A DNA stretch of 64,000 nt from the human T2T-CHM13v2.0 reference genome, Homo sapiens (GCF_009914755.1 NC_060929.1); one strand, 5' to 3'. Positions 30,417 to 44,997 are shown, numbered from the stretch's first letter. Program-made: numbers and translations. Notes: a model not told the origin generated them from the letters alone.

Positions 30417-30714
30417 CTGAATGAACTTAGGATGAAACAATTGTAGCATCTTCTATTGTTTTACTCAATTGGTAAAACTACTAAAGACCTCCACAAAGAC
30501 TCAGGGGTAACGATGTAGTTTGCACTACTCAGTCTTCTTGTATTTCATGAGGCATGTGGTGTTGTGTGTCCTCAGGGTCCACAGGTGAACAGTCCTGCTT
30601 AGAGCCTTCAGAGCAGCTGGTCCATCTTCTTCCATCACCTGCACCCTGACTCCTTCATTGTAACGCAGCTCTGATCTGAGGGGCCCTCTGATAGGAAGCA
30701 CCCACTCACACACC

Positions 30715-31266
30715 TATGGTGGGGAGAATTCTAAGAAACCCCGAGATTCCCACCACCTGGGTGTCATGCTCTGCATAATCTTCTCTCTTGGAGTGTTGGT
30801 GGGTCCTGTGAAGATGATGGGATAGTCACCCTCTTAATCAGGTTACAATAATCCACAACCTCCTCGTACCTTACTAGAAAGAGATTTTCTTTTGCTGGCT
30901 TTGAAGAAGGAAGTTGCCTTGTGGTGAGTGGCCCATATGGCTAGGACTAAGGGCAGCCTAGGAGCAGAGAACGCCACCCTCTAGCCTATAGCCAGCAGGA
31001 AATACAAGATCTCAGTCCTAAAACTACAGGCAACTAAATCCTACAAATACCCAGTGAGCTTGAAACACTCAGTGAGAACCCTGAGCCACAGAAAAGACTG
31101 TAGCTCTGGCCAACACCTCAATTTCAGCCTGTGAGACATTGAGCTGAGGGCACAGTTTGAATTTTCCCAGACTTTGACTCACTGAATGATCAGATAATAA
31201 ATACATGTAGTATTAAACAACTGAATTTGTGCTAATTTATTACCTAGCAATAAAACCCTAATATAC
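30715..31266 (+). mobile_element. MLT1E-like MaLR solo LTR
   Basis: tatggtggggagaattctaaga...gattccc...agcaataaaaccctaatataca. Confidence 0.75.
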
Positions 31267-33431
31267 ATTTATGTATGTATGTGTATATACATACATATGT
31301 GTGTATATATCTATATATAGACATAGATAGAGATATATACATCCAGTTTCCCACTGGCAAGGAATTTTCCAAATGGAAGACTCATTATCCTCTCGCTATG
31401 ATATTTCTCCAATGCTTTCTCATGAAAAAGTTTCAGTTAAAAAAGATGACCATTACTTATTATTAATGGTACATAGGCAATTTGAGGTGTTGATGAAAGT
31501 CCTGCAAGTTATCTAGGAAGGTGAGGCCAGTGGTTACAATTCATGTTATTTTAAGGTGCCTGATACTGTTCAGAACTCATATTTTTGAATTTAACTCTCC
31601 AGAATAGTGATGAACTATGCATGTGTTGACAATTTGTACTTCAACTTTAACAATTCCATTAAAACTCTGAAGTTCAGTCCACTATTTTTGAGGGAAATGT
31701 GTTGAGTAAGTATCTTCTGCTTTAAGAGAATTCACAGAACTTAAAGCGGTGTTCTATTCCTTCCAGGGAAGAGTTTTTCCTAAAAGGCGACTCCACAGGG
31801 TACTAATGAGTGCTACAGGAAAAGCATCTGTTGTCAGGAAAAACTGAGAAGTCTTGGGTTAAAGAAAGTTAAATGGGTTTCTCCAAATGAGTGATCAGAG
31901 CTGCTCTTGGAGCCCTTTTTCTCAAGAGCTTCTTGCAAATGCTGCCAGGGAGAATGCTATCTGGAATCAAACAAGTTCTCAAAAGATGTGAGAATTTCAT
32001 TGTTGTATGACAGATTCTACAATCGATTTATTGATTTAAAAACTGAAAATAGGGGTGCATCCCTACTGTTTTGAAATTGTATAGAAGTTACCCTTCTTCT
32101 GCCCAATGTAAACAGAATTCAAAAGATTGAGGATGGAGTCTTATGTTCATAAAATCCTTAGCCCATTGATTCTGTATTTTAATGGGGAAAATTGTCTAAA
32201 ATATCCACCTCCTTTAACACTGTTGGTAGGTGACTGAGTTTCCAGTGACTACCTAAGACAGAAAGAGTTAATTCTTCATTAGGGTTGATGTCTTGAAAAC
32301 AATTTTCTTCTCTGAGTTCACTCAGAAGCGGGCTAATCAGTCTAAACTGTGATGCTCTCTGCTCACTCCCAAGTTCATTGTTCTGTGTTATAAGCAGGAG
32401 AGCCCACCAAGGTCTGCCCAGGGGTTCTACTCCCTTCAATCCTTAACCTAGTTCCTCCACTTTCTCATCTATAAAATGGGATAGAAAGAAAGTCATCCAC
32501 AATGCTAATTTTGAAGTGTTAAGTGAGATAATGTGTTTATAGTGATTAGCATAGAGCCTGTTCTATATGGCATCTTTACACGGAGCCCTGGAAGCAAATA
32601 TCAGATGCAGACCACAAAAGCATCAGGGATTCTCCAAAATGACCACTGGAGAAATCATCCTTTCTTCCTAGAAAATGCAGATGGTCACAATACCCCATAA
32701 TTATCCTACTAGGAATATCCACAGCAGGGTGCATTTATCTAACTGGTAAAATAAGTTTCAATTTAACTTGCATCCAAGTTTCTAGGGGTATCATTTTACT
32801 CCATTTGTGCTCATCCAAAGGAAAATTATCTTCTAAATATGATTTTATCAGAGTTTACATGAAGCTGTCTTTTTATCAGCTCATATTCTGTAAATAAGTA
32901 GTTAAGATTTACTGCTCTAAAAGATAGTAGTAGAAACATTTATTTAATCTAAAGTTCTCACATCATGAATGATGTATTTGGAACATGCACAGCTATGGTC
33001 AACGTCCCTGTGACATTTCATTTCATTGTATGCAAATATTTGGAACTCTTGGGTGTTTTCTTGGCTCTCTGTGCTGGGATTTCATCATTTAATGGATCTG
33101 GGCTTTGGAAAATATGAATGTGTTATCAGCATCACTTTCCTACAATTTAAATCCCAAGGAACTGCATTTTTTGTTCTTTTATTGGCCAATTTACTATGGG
33201 AAATTAATTATGTTCCTCTTAAATTCAGATTTTAAATGACTTTAAAAAATAACTCAGGTTATTTAATTAGATTCTTATTACTGCATGAATATTTCCTGTC
33301 AGAACTTATGGATAATGACCTAAGTACCATAATTTAAACACGTACATGTTTGAAACTAAAAGTCAATGTAGTGTTGCCTAAGTGATACTTTCTATTTACA
33401 ACACAGTTATGATAATCAAAATATCAGGTTT

Positions 33432-33485
33432 TCCATTCATTCATCCATCCATCCATCCATCCATCCATCCATCCATCCATCCATC
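33432..33485. repeat. (TCCA)n tetranucleotide repeat, probably an L2 tail
   Basis: Tandem TCCA run followed by L2-like sequence. Confidence 0.93.
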
Positions 33486-34220
33486 TTTCAGTTATCACTG
33501 TTGGAACATCTATACCATGTGCAAGAAGCTGAGATTCCTCCTGAGAATTCTCAGACACCAATGGTGAAAATAAACCCATGAAGTTTAAGGAAGACATGTG
33601 GAAGTGCCATCAGCCTCACACCAACTACTTATGAAAGGAGTTAAGATGCAAGAGGGACTTAGTGTTACATAACACTAGCACACAGTAATTGTCACTCTGG
33701 CCAACCCCATTAACCACCTGATTCAGGACTCTCTGTCTGACAGACTGACTTGTTTCATATACAGGTGCCATTGTCTTCCTTGATCATGGCACTAGAATTG
33801 CAACACATACAGCAGTTTAGTTACCTTGAGCAATCAATTCTGCCTAAATTATCCATGCCCTAAAAGTGGAATATCATTGCTAACAAAAGGAAAACCTTAG
33901 AGAAATCTTAGCCCCTTTAATAAAAGTTGAAAATCTTGATCAAAGAAAATAAAAGACCTACTAGTCAAAAATAGTAAGTTATCAAAATAGTTGGATGCAA
34001 ATGTTATTTTTTAATAAAGCTTAAAATTTTTGAGCCCTGGTTTTGTAAATACTCAAGATGTGTGCCTCCTGTTCCAGCAGTCATCCAAATTAAAAGACTA
34101 GAGTATGATGGTGGCCTTCCCAGAACATGCAGCCCCAACTGAGAGACAAGGTTAATTTGAAAGCCCACAGCATGAGTGGGGCTCCTTGTTCTCCAGTGAT
34201 GTTTCTGTTGGCTTCCCTCC

Positions 34221-36501
34221 TGATATGGTTTGGCTGTGTCCCCACCCAAATCTCATCTTGTAGCTCCCATAATTCCCATGTATTGTGGGAGGAACCTGTT
34301 GGGAGATAATTGAATCATGAGGGCAGGTTTTTCCCTTGCTGTTCTCATGATAGTGAATAAGTCTCATGAGATAAAATGGTTTTAAAAACAGGAGTTTCCC
34401 TGCATGAGCCCTCTTCTCTTGTCTCCTGCCATGTGAGATGTGCCTTTCACATTCCACCATAATTGTGAGGCCTCCCCAGCCACGTGGAATTGTAAGTCCA
34501 ATAAACCTCTTTCTTTTGTAAATTCCCTTGTCTTGGGTATGTCTTTATCAGCAGTGTGAAAACAAACTAATAAAGCAAATTGATACTGTGAGTGGGATAC
34601 TGCTGAAAAGATACCCCAAAATGTAGAAGTGACTTTGGAACTGGGTAATAGGTAGAGGTTGGAACAGTTTGGAGGGCTCAGAAGACAAAAAAATGTGGGA
34701 AAGTTTGGAACTTCCTACAGACTTGTTGAATGGTTTTGCCCAAAATGCTGATAGCGATATGGACAATAAGGTCCAGGCTGAGGTGGTCTCAAATGGAAAT
34801 GAAGAACTTGTTGGGAACTGGAGCAAAGGTGACTCTCATTATATTTTAGCAAAGAGACTGGTGGCATTTTCCCCCTGCTCTGGAGATCTGTGGGATTTTG
34901 AAGTTGAGGGAGATGATTTAGAGTATCTGGCAGGAGAAATTTCTAAGTGGCAAAGCATTCAAGTGGTGACTTGGGTGCTGTTAAAAGCATTCCGTTTTAT
35001 AAGGGAGGCAGAACATAAAAGTTTGGAAAATTTGCAGCTTGACAATGGGATAGAAAAGAAAATCCCATTTTCTGAGGAGAAATTTAAGCCAACTGCAAAA
35101 ATTTGCATAAGTAACAAGGAGCCAAATGTTAATCCCCAAGACAATGGGGGAAGTGTCTCCAGGGCAGGTCAGAGGTCTTCACGGCAGCCCCTCTCATTAC
35201 AGGCCCAGAGGCCTAGGAGGAAAAAGTGGTTACCTGGGCTGGGCCCGGGGTCCCTGTGCTGTGTGCAGCCTAAGGACTCGGTGTCCTGCATCCCAGCCAC
35301 TCTAGCCATGGCTGAAAGGGGCCAACATAGAGCTCAGTCTGTGGCTGCAGAGGGTGCAAGCCCCAAGCCTTGGAAGCTTCCACAGGGTGTTGAGACTGTG
35401 ATTGCACAGAAGTCAAGAACTGGGGTTTGGGAACCTCCACCTAGATTTTAGAGGATGTATGGAAACACATGAATGTCCAGGCAGAAGTTTGCTGCAGGGG
35501 TGGGGCTCTCATGGAGAACCTCTGTTAGGGCAGTTCAGAAGGGAAATGTGGGGTCAGAGCCCCCTCACAGTGTCCCTACTGGGGCACAACCTAGTGGAAC
35601 TGTGAGAAGAGGGCCACCATCCTCAGACCCAAGAATGGTAGATCCACTGACAGCTTGCACCATGCACCCGGAAAAGCCGCAGACACTCAATGCCAGCCTA
35701 TGAAGGCAGCCAGGAGGGAGGCTGTACCCTGCAAAGCCACAGAGTTGGAGCTGCCCAAGACCATGGAAACCCACCTCTTGCATCAGTGTGACCTGGATGT
35801 GAGACATGGACTCAAAGGAGATCATTTTGGAGCTTTAAGATTTGACTGCCTTGCTGGATTTTGGATTTGCATAGGGCCTGTTGCCCCTTTGTTTTGGCCA
35901 ATTTCTCCCATTTGGAATGGCTGTATTTATCAAATGTATCTAGGAAGCAACTAATTTCCTTTCAATTTTACACCCTCATAGGCAGAAGGGACTTGCCTTG
36001 TCTCAGATGAGACTTTGGACTGTGGACTTTTGAGTTAATGCTGAAGTGAGTTAAGATTTTGGGGGACTGTTGGGAAGGCATGATTGGTTTTGAAATGTGA
36101 GGACATGACATTTGGGAGGGACCAGGGGCAGAGTGATATGGTTTGGCTCTGTGTCCCTACCCAAATCTCATCTTGTAGCTCCCATTATTCCCACGTGTTG
36201 TGGGAGGGACCTGGTGTGGGTCTGGGTGGGCCCACATGGAGGTGGGTTTTTTTCCTGTGCTGTTCTCATGATAGTGATAAGTCTCACAAGATCTGATGGT
36301 TTTAAAAATGGGAGTTTCCCTGCACGAGCTCTCTTCTCTTGTCTGCCGCCATTTGAGATGTGCCTTTCACCTTCCACCATGATTGTGATGCCTCCCTAGC
36401 CACATGGAATTGTAAGTCCAATAAACCTCTTTCTTTTGTAAATTGACCAATGTACAAAATTGGGTATGTATTTATCAACAGTGTGAAAACGGACTAATAT
36501 A
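34221..36501 (+). mobile_element. Complete THE1 (A/B-like) ERVL-MaLR provirus: 5' LTR 34221-34574, internal 34575-36133, 3' LTR 36134-36501
   Basis: Both LTRs start tgatatggtttggct and carry AATAAA. Internal region is typical THE1-int. 5-bp TSD cctcc/cctac. Confidence 0.95.
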
Positions 36502-37856
36502 CCTACCAAAGCCTGGAGCAACATTAGCCAGGAGCTTCCCAATCTGCAAGCAGAATAAATGTGTTTTCTCACAAAAGCAAATATTCTTTCTAAATGAAGT
36601 GATGACATCATGACCCAATAATCCGTTTATGAATGCTGTTGATAGATTTATTTCTGAGATTTATGACCATTTCTTTCTGAACTTAATTTATTTCTTGGGG
36701 TTATAATTAAATTTATTATTGAGAATACTATTAATGCATTTGATTTTATTTTCTTTTTTGCTACAGCCTAAACACATTTCTTAGGTCTTCTTTGATTGTT
36801 TTTTTAACTTAAGTTTTAGACTGTCAGGCAGCAACTCTGCTGCTTTATCTGTGCCCACTTCTGTGGACTTCTCTCTACTTCCATCTGTGTGACAATCTGA
36901 AAGATAGACGACTAAGCTGATAGAGAAAGTATCAAGGGAACAGCCAGATACAGCACGATGTGAGGACATCATCTAAATCCTTGCTACCAGGTATGGGTCA
37001 GCAATATCCCTGTTGCTCACCTGCTCCCTAAATCGGACCCCGATCCTGGCTGCCATTACCGACATGGCTGTTTTCACATAACTGAGCACTACATTGCAAT
37101 TAAAATAGTCAGGATGTTTAAATCAAATGTATAAGTTGAACTTAAACATTTCTAGACTTTAAAATACTTAACATATGGCAATGATATAAAACAGTTCATT
37201 TATCTTGAAGTTTCCTATAAAATAAATAATTATCCAAATCAGTGTTTAAAGACTGGGTCTTCATCTGCTTAAATATGATTTGAAAATCATTCTGCTGTGT
37301 GTTTCTAAAATATAAAATGGTGATTAAATAATTAAATGGGCAAACTTCTTTTAAATTTGTATTTTTAGCCACAGATGTTTATTTTTATTATATTTATTTA
37401 TTTTATATTTATATTTATTTTTCCTAATGCATGCTGTACATACATTCTTTAGTTTCTGGCTGTAAAAATCATTCTCCTTATCACTATAAACACACACACA
37501 CACTTTCATATATTATAATATCATAACTTATAATGGAGGTCACTTATATGCCAGTTCATATATAAGGTTATCTAAACCAACAAATGCAGTTACAAATCTG
37601 TTCTAGAAGTTGCCTAATAAGGTGGGATGTTTCTTATTCAAAGCCCTCTTTCAGGCCTATAGAAAATGCTCCAGTTGTTATACACAGAATTCTGTACCAT
37701 GGATAAATGTTTTTATTTATTTTTCTCTCCTAGGAAACATTGCAAAATTTAAGCAAGTGTATTGACTGCTTTTTGCTTCAATTTCTATTCACTTAGACAA
37801 ATAATTCAATAAGGTGTTTCATAAAAACACCTGCTCTTTCAAAATATGAAGACAGT

Positions 37857-38195
<339 letters not shown>

Positions 38196-38483
38196 TTAAT
38201 TTCTTAATTTTCCTATAAATATAAGTATATAGAATAAGGGTAAGTGTTATGTTGGGGTGAATATAGAAATCTAAGTTTTCTCTTATACTGTGACAGAAAA
38301 AAAAGTTAGTTTTCTTTTAGAATGTTCCTCAATATTAGAGGTTACTCAGCTTTATTACACCCTGAAGTTTTCTAATCATATTCAGATAGTACATTACAAA
38401 ATGTCGGGAATGAGATGCATGGTTGTTCAAACAAGAATTTACACAGGCAGACAAAAATGACAGCAGCAGCAGGAAGCCTACAT

Positions 38484-38488
<5 letters not shown>

Positions 38489-38530
<42 letters not shown>
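38489..38530. repeat. (AT)21 microsatellite
   Basis: Perfect run; self-complementary and cruciform-capable. Confidence 0.97.
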
Positions 38531-38538
<8 letters not shown>

Positions 38539-39484
38539 TCATGGAATTCCACAAAATTATAATCCAAATAGGAGTGTGGACACTCTCATATAAGAGATTT
38601 TGAACAGGTCATGGTGCCAGTTTCAAAGGCACTGGGCTAATTAGTATTAATTGTATTTCTGCAGTTTCTTGTTACCAGCAGAATAAAAGTCAAAGTGCTT
38701 AGCTTCTCTGATATTTGGAAAAGTCTCATCCATTGCACTGTGTTAACCCCTCCCACTCCCGTGGCCTGTATACTAGCCACATGGCACAGTCTGATAGCTC
38801 ACAAATGCTGTGGGTTCAGGCCTCCATGCTTTTGCCAGAGCTGCTGTCATTCACGTAAGATTCTGTTCTCCTAAATTTACCTGAAAACACTACTCCTTCT
38901 TTGTGCTACCATTGGATGCAATATCCAGTGACCTGTCTGTGCAGGGGTCTCCCTAACAGACTGTGAGACTTGAGAAGACTGTACTTATCTATTTCTCATT
39001 CCTTTATTTTTGGCCAAGCACTGGACACTTGCTATTTATCACACAGCAGGCACTTGGCAAGGATCAAACCTCACAGCACTTCTTCTGTAAGACATGGCGC
39101 TAATGCGATCCATGCACCAGAAAACAAGCGGCCATCCCTTGGATAATGTTTCATAACTTTTGTTCAATGGTGTTCAAAATCTTTAAAAATACTGAATAAC
39201 TCTTTACTCAATAAACAACTTTTAAAAGATAAAAAGAGGTAAAGATCAATCTGCTAGAGTTCAAATGGGTCAGAGGCCAGGAGTGCATCCAGTTGTGAGC
39301 CCCCCACCAACTCCCCCCATAAAGGCTCAGCATGGCACCTTTCACCAAAGACTGCAATGGGTGAATATCGCAGTACATTTGATGACCAGTCATTAACCAA
39401 TAACCTCTGACCTTTGAGATGCAGGCAAGAGGGCTGGAAGGAATCTTTGGGATAAATTATCCCCACTCTTGACCTTACCACCCT

Positions 39485-39870
39485 TATTTCTTTACCTTGT
39501 TGCATTGAATTGGCTGTGATCTCCAGTACAATATGGTATTGAACGCTAGCAGCCCTGGCAGGAATCCTAGGCTTTTTCTTGACTTTAACAGAAAGGCTTC
39601 TAACCTTTCATCACTAAGTATGATAATGTTTGTGGTAAGATTTTAATAGGTATCCTTCATAAGGTGAAAGAAGCTCCCATTCACTCTATGAATTATTCAC
39701 TCACAATTCATATTAGGATGAGTGTTAAACTTATCAAATGTTTATTCTACATCTATTGAAATGATTGTAACATTCTTTCTCTCTTAATCTTATTAACATA
39801 AAATGTATTATTTACAAGATTCTCCACTTGGTCATTATAAATATCATATTGTGAATATGACTATATAAAT
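39485..39870 (-). mobile_element. Old L1M ORF2 fragment
   Basis: tccagtacaata...ttcttgacttta...tttcatcactaagtatgat...tctacatctattgaaatgat is antisense ORF2-like. Confidence 0.7.
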
Positions 39871-39929
39871 ATAAGTGAAATGTAAATATGTGTGTATACA
39901 TGTGTAATTTATATTTAAATCCTGATGAA

Positions 39930-40125
39930 TTTACTCTGTACAAGATTGTACAGTCTGTACACTGCACAAAAGGAGCTGTGTGAGAGCGTGGAAATTCAGA
40001 CAGAATCACCTCTTAAACCCTGAGTCTTGAAATAGGGCTCTCTGTGCCCAGGTGAAGGGACCTTCAGCAGGGTAAACCTGTTCTACTTCACACAAAGGCA
40101 CTTTCAGGATAGCAATGCCTCTGGA
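39930..40125 (+). mobile_element. MER91-like hAT fragment
   Basis: ttgtacagtctgtacactgcacaaa resembles the MER91 terminal motif. Confidence 0.4.
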
Positions 40126-43100
40126 TGCCATTTATTTCTAATTCTCAGGCCCAACTCCATTTACCCAGTAACCAAGCACTGGACATATTAGCTTGGGTGA
40201 ACCTGCTACAAAAGTCCTCGCTTTAAAACGAACTTCCATTTCCATCTGCTGATAGCTCTTTAACTTCTAATGCCTTTGCCTACTCCTAAAGGTGGCCCTG
40301 AAAAATGCCGTGAAAGTTTAAGTAAAGAAGAGAAAGATAATACAACTTAAAATGTTGAAAGAACTCTTCTCTGCATGTCTCCTTACAAATATGATGACGG
40401 TTGGGGGACTTCTGGTGCAACTGTTTGATCTGTGCAGCTGGCCTCAAACCTGAAACAGACAGTTCTCCACTAATCTGAATGCTGCCAATGTGTTTCACAC
40501 AATGCCTAAGAAACTACTCATGGAGCAGCTACTTTATGCCAGGCACTGAGAATGTCCTGAGGATGCAATGATGAACCAAAGAGACAGGGCACCTGCAACC
40601 GGGGAGTTTGGAATCTCAAGCGATTTTCCAAGAGTCTCCATTCGTCCCTCATACAGAAGGGCACAGGAAAGCCCCGGCATCACCAACTTCCTCTCACTTT
40701 GTGTTCACCAGTGACTTTACCCTAAGATAGTTACGAGAGCATGATTTATAATGTAAAGCTGTGCCAAGCAAATATCTGTCCTCCACTGAGATATAAATGA
40801 AATGTCTGCAAAGTGCCAGGCTTGTAAAACCTCCTTTGGTAATAGGAGGCCTGTTGTAAGTAGTTATGTAGAAAGCTTATCATTTTTACCTTGAGTGCTT
40901 AGGCTGGGAGTTAATTCAAATTCCTCTCAAACCAAGGAAGCACAAGCTGAGAAGCTCACAGTAAACTCACAGTCACCCCTACTCAGAGGCCTCTGCTACA
41001 CAAACAGCAGTGCTAAAGCAACAAATGGAAGTTTCAAATTCTGTTGTGGGAAAAGGAACCAAATCTACTTAGAAAAACTTACAATGTCCATTGATTACTT
41101 TTCTTTCCCCACAAAACATGAAGTAAAAGATAGAAGCCAACTGTCAGAATTTTAAAAATCAACGATTTGTATCAGAATGAAATGGTGTTTCCCTTGTCCA
41201 GATTTATCTTGTTATACTGTAGATGTACCCATGGGGTACATCTGAGAAAAACAGGGCTCTGTAGAGCTGAGGATGACAATCCAGACAAGGATAGAGCAGT
41301 GTAGGTCCTGAGAAGTTTGTGTAAGATATGTGCACCCGAGGAGAAGCCTGCCAAATCTCTTCAGGAAGGCACACACATGGAAGTACATCTCCTTACAAGC
41401 ACTAGATTTGTGGTTTACAAAATTCAGCATAAATCACAATGGGTCGGAATTATTTCTATTTCAAGTTTAAGACACAGGCTAAAAGACCCATTTGTTTTCA
41501 TGAGATTTGCAGTTCAAAACACAACAACCCTACTGAAGACCCACAGGCCAACCTGTATTCTGTCACATAAACCATGAGGGCTCCTCAGTGGACATAATGC
41601 GGCACCCTCAGGACCATAAGCAAGCCACTACCACAATTCTAGGAAAACAACAGAGCCTCAGCCAATTCCAATGACAACCCCTCTTATTGAAACAAACATC
41701 TTGGCATCACCATTTGTATGACAGTCCTGTTGAGCACTGACCTCCTGAAGTCTCAGTAACCACCCAAGAAAACCCAAATGATGGCATGAGACTTTTTCAG
41801 AGAAGCCTGGCTCATGTACAAGGAGCTTAAAGTTATGAGCTTGAATCCTTCCATTCTTTGAACACCTGTGGCTTGCTTTCAACTATGATACTTTCTATCA
41901 GGCATCTGTATTATTCGGTCTTGGGATCTTTCTGATTCCAGAGTGAGAGCTCCTTAAGGTCAAGCTCAGCAAGTCAACCAGATTCATATTCCACCCAGCT
42001 GCATCCTGAGCGATGCCTCATACTCATGGTTGTTCCAGGCTTATTGTGAGACAACTAAGCTGCACTAGATGACTAGACTGGGGTTGATGTGCATGAGGTG
42101 CAGCATGGGAAATAAGACTGTATTTGTCGAATGCACAGGGTGATGGCCCCAAAAGGGCTCAAGGCCATTATGTTTACAATTTTATTTACAGGAGGAAGCT
42201 CAAATATTGGAATTCGCACCATTTTAAAGTATGAGATTCAGATTTCTTTTCTAATGAGGCTCTCTATAATAGTTGCATGTGCTCAATCAATTCTTGCCTG
42301 TGGGGACCTGATAAGGTCCTGGAAGATCCCTGCCAAGTATTACCTAATATCAAAACCAATTTTAATGACTGTACACTATTACTGCAGGAACACGGATTTT
42401 CAGTGCTAACATTTTACCATTTGGAGCAGCCCTGCAAAGCTAATTAGAAAGAATTTGAAATAATTTAAGAATATGAACAGGAAATGAGATGTTCATAAGC
42501 AAATATCATGGAAAGAAAAGTTAAATGTGGACTAAGAGTAGCTCCATTTTAGTGTGAAGAATCTCTTTGAATGAGAACACAAAATGTGTTGCATTGTAAG
42601 AGATAGTAAGAATGAACCCAAGAGTAGATAAGAACAATATAATACACAAGAATAATCACTTCATTTGGAAAGGTGGTGACACTCTTTTCCCAAATTGCCA
42701 TTACCTTTTTAAAAAATCACACATACATTAAATAACTAGGTTCATTTATTCACTACCCTACACTCTGCAAGGTGTTGAGAAAACAATAGTGAAAAAAATA
42801 TTGTCCCTGATTGTAAAATCATAAAATGTCATTTTTTAGTATTAGTAAGCTTTGAAACAAATTAGTTCATCTAATAGTGTAGTGGAAATTTCTTCTCTGA
42901 AATTGAACTAAATCCAAGTTTATATAACTTATTTTGAAGAAACATTAACCTTAAAATTGAGTTTTTTAAGATTAGGAGTACTTACTAAGGTAAATAAATT
43001 GTGATAAGGAAGGAAGTTGTAACTAAAGTTGAAGAATGATTGTGGGAAAGGAGAATATGGCTACATACATATATCTGAAACCATAACATTATGTATGTAT

Positions 43101-43293
43101 ATACAATCAGATAGCTTCCCTCTTTTAGATAGTAAGATCAACATGCTTTCTTCCCTGTAAGAAAAAATAATTTAAAACATGATGTAACATATTTTTTGAA
43201 TTATTAACAGAGTTCTACTGTGTAAATTTTAACCCAGGAAAGTTGGTACAGGTCTAATTATGCAACTGTGACAGCAAGCTAAAAGAACTGAAT

Positions 43294-43591
43294 GGCCGGG
43301 CGTGGTAGCTCATGCCTATAATCCCAGCACTTTGGGAGGCTGAGGCAGGTGGCTCACGAGGTCAGGAGTTCAAGACCAGCCTGACGAATATGGTGAAACC
43401 CCGTCTCTACTAAAAATATAAAAGTTAGCTGGGCCTGGTGGCGCACGCCTGTAGTCCCATCTACTCGGGAGGCTGAGGCAGGAGAATCGGTTGAGCTCGT
43501 GAGGCGGAGCTTGCAGTGAACTGAGATTCAGCCTGGGTGACAGAGTGAGACTCTGTCTCAAAAAAAAACAAAAAAACAAAACAAAAAAAAA
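43294..43591 (+). mobile_element. AluS with a small right-arm deletion
   Basis: Alu dimer lacking gcgccactgcactc; degenerate TSD aactgaat/aaccgaat. Confidence 0.92.
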
Positions 43592-43810
43592 CCGAATGAC
43601 TGTGCACCCCCATGCCTGGTACTCAAGCCCTTTCAGGAATGATGACTACTCACTTTCCAGATCTGTCCCTTGCCGCATCCCTGTACACATCCTGTAGCCC
43701 ACAAGTGACTGTGCTTCCAGTGTTAGGTGTGAATCCCATGTCCTTGGGTTCACAGCCTGCACACAGAGACTTTCAGGGAAGCTCCTCCTCTTAACTTGGC
43801 CGAGTCCTGC

Positions 43811-43862
43811 CCACACCTGTTGGTGCCCTTGACCCTCCACACCTGTTGGTGCCCTTGACCCT
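43811..43862. repeat. Perfect 26-bp tandem duplication
   Basis: ccacacctgttggtgcccttgaccct occurs twice in tandem. Confidence 0.97.
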
Positions 43863-44997
43863 CACTTCCTCCTCCTCATGTTCCACTCAGTGTTCTCTCA
43901 TAATTGCTCTGATGGCATTTATTACTTCGTTATTATTTAGCAATTTGAATTATGTTTTTTTCTCCTAAGCCAGAAAGGAGGCTCCTTGAGAAAGTTTACT
44001 GTATCCATCTACATGGGTTCCCTTGCACCAATTCTTTACACACAGTATGAAGTCAACATGTTTTCATTGACTAAATACATAGATGAAAGATCTGAAAATT
44101 CTGCAAAGTATAGTACCACAGACATGAATCAGTCATTGAAGTCATTGAGAATTTTCTTTTCTTCCACATGCAAAATTATTTCAAAATGAACAGTATCATG
44201 TGAGATCACACCAAGCATTAGAGAAATTAATGATCAAAGATGATGCATGTAACAGGCAGAGTTTCTTTCTTCCTCTTCAGTTTCAGACGTCAAGGCCTTA
44301 TTACTGAAAGCTATTAGCAGTTGCAAGAAGATAAGAGAAATAAACCAATTAAATGAGCTTCATAATGAAAACTGCCCAGCAAATGTCAGAGGCTCCTCTA
44401 AATGTCTGGATTCCATCTGTCTGCCTCTGCCATTTTGTATCTCTCTCTTTTGAGTTTGAGAGGCTTATTGTTCCAGAGCTTCTGACTTTATGTGCGGAGC
44501 CCGAATAATTTTATAAGACAGATTTCACAGTCCTTCTTTCAGTCACTGTCATTTTTCTCACACAATGACATTAGAGGTCCTTCGAGGATTGCTTTCTAAT
44601 AATCTCAAATAGGGCAATTTCGTGGGATTAGGATAGACTGAAACAGATGTGGAAAACACTTTACATCATGATAGAAGCAAGATGCCAAATAATAGTGTGT
44701 GGGATGTTACTTTCTCATGCAGCACGGCTTATAAAATACTGTAGGAATGTGACATGGAATGTGAAGAGTGTTCTTTGCAACTCTTCCTTCCACAGTAGAA
44801 CCTCACGAGATTCTGCAAGTCAAATAGATCTTGAAAAAAAAATATGCCATGGAGGGAAATGAAGGGACAAGTGTTCAGAAATGACAGTTACTGTGGCACA
44901 CTATCAGGCCACAGAGAAAACCAGCTATTTATTTACTTATATTGACATATTTTGAAGGCTTCTAAATATAACCTTGTATTCCTCTTTAGAAATATTT

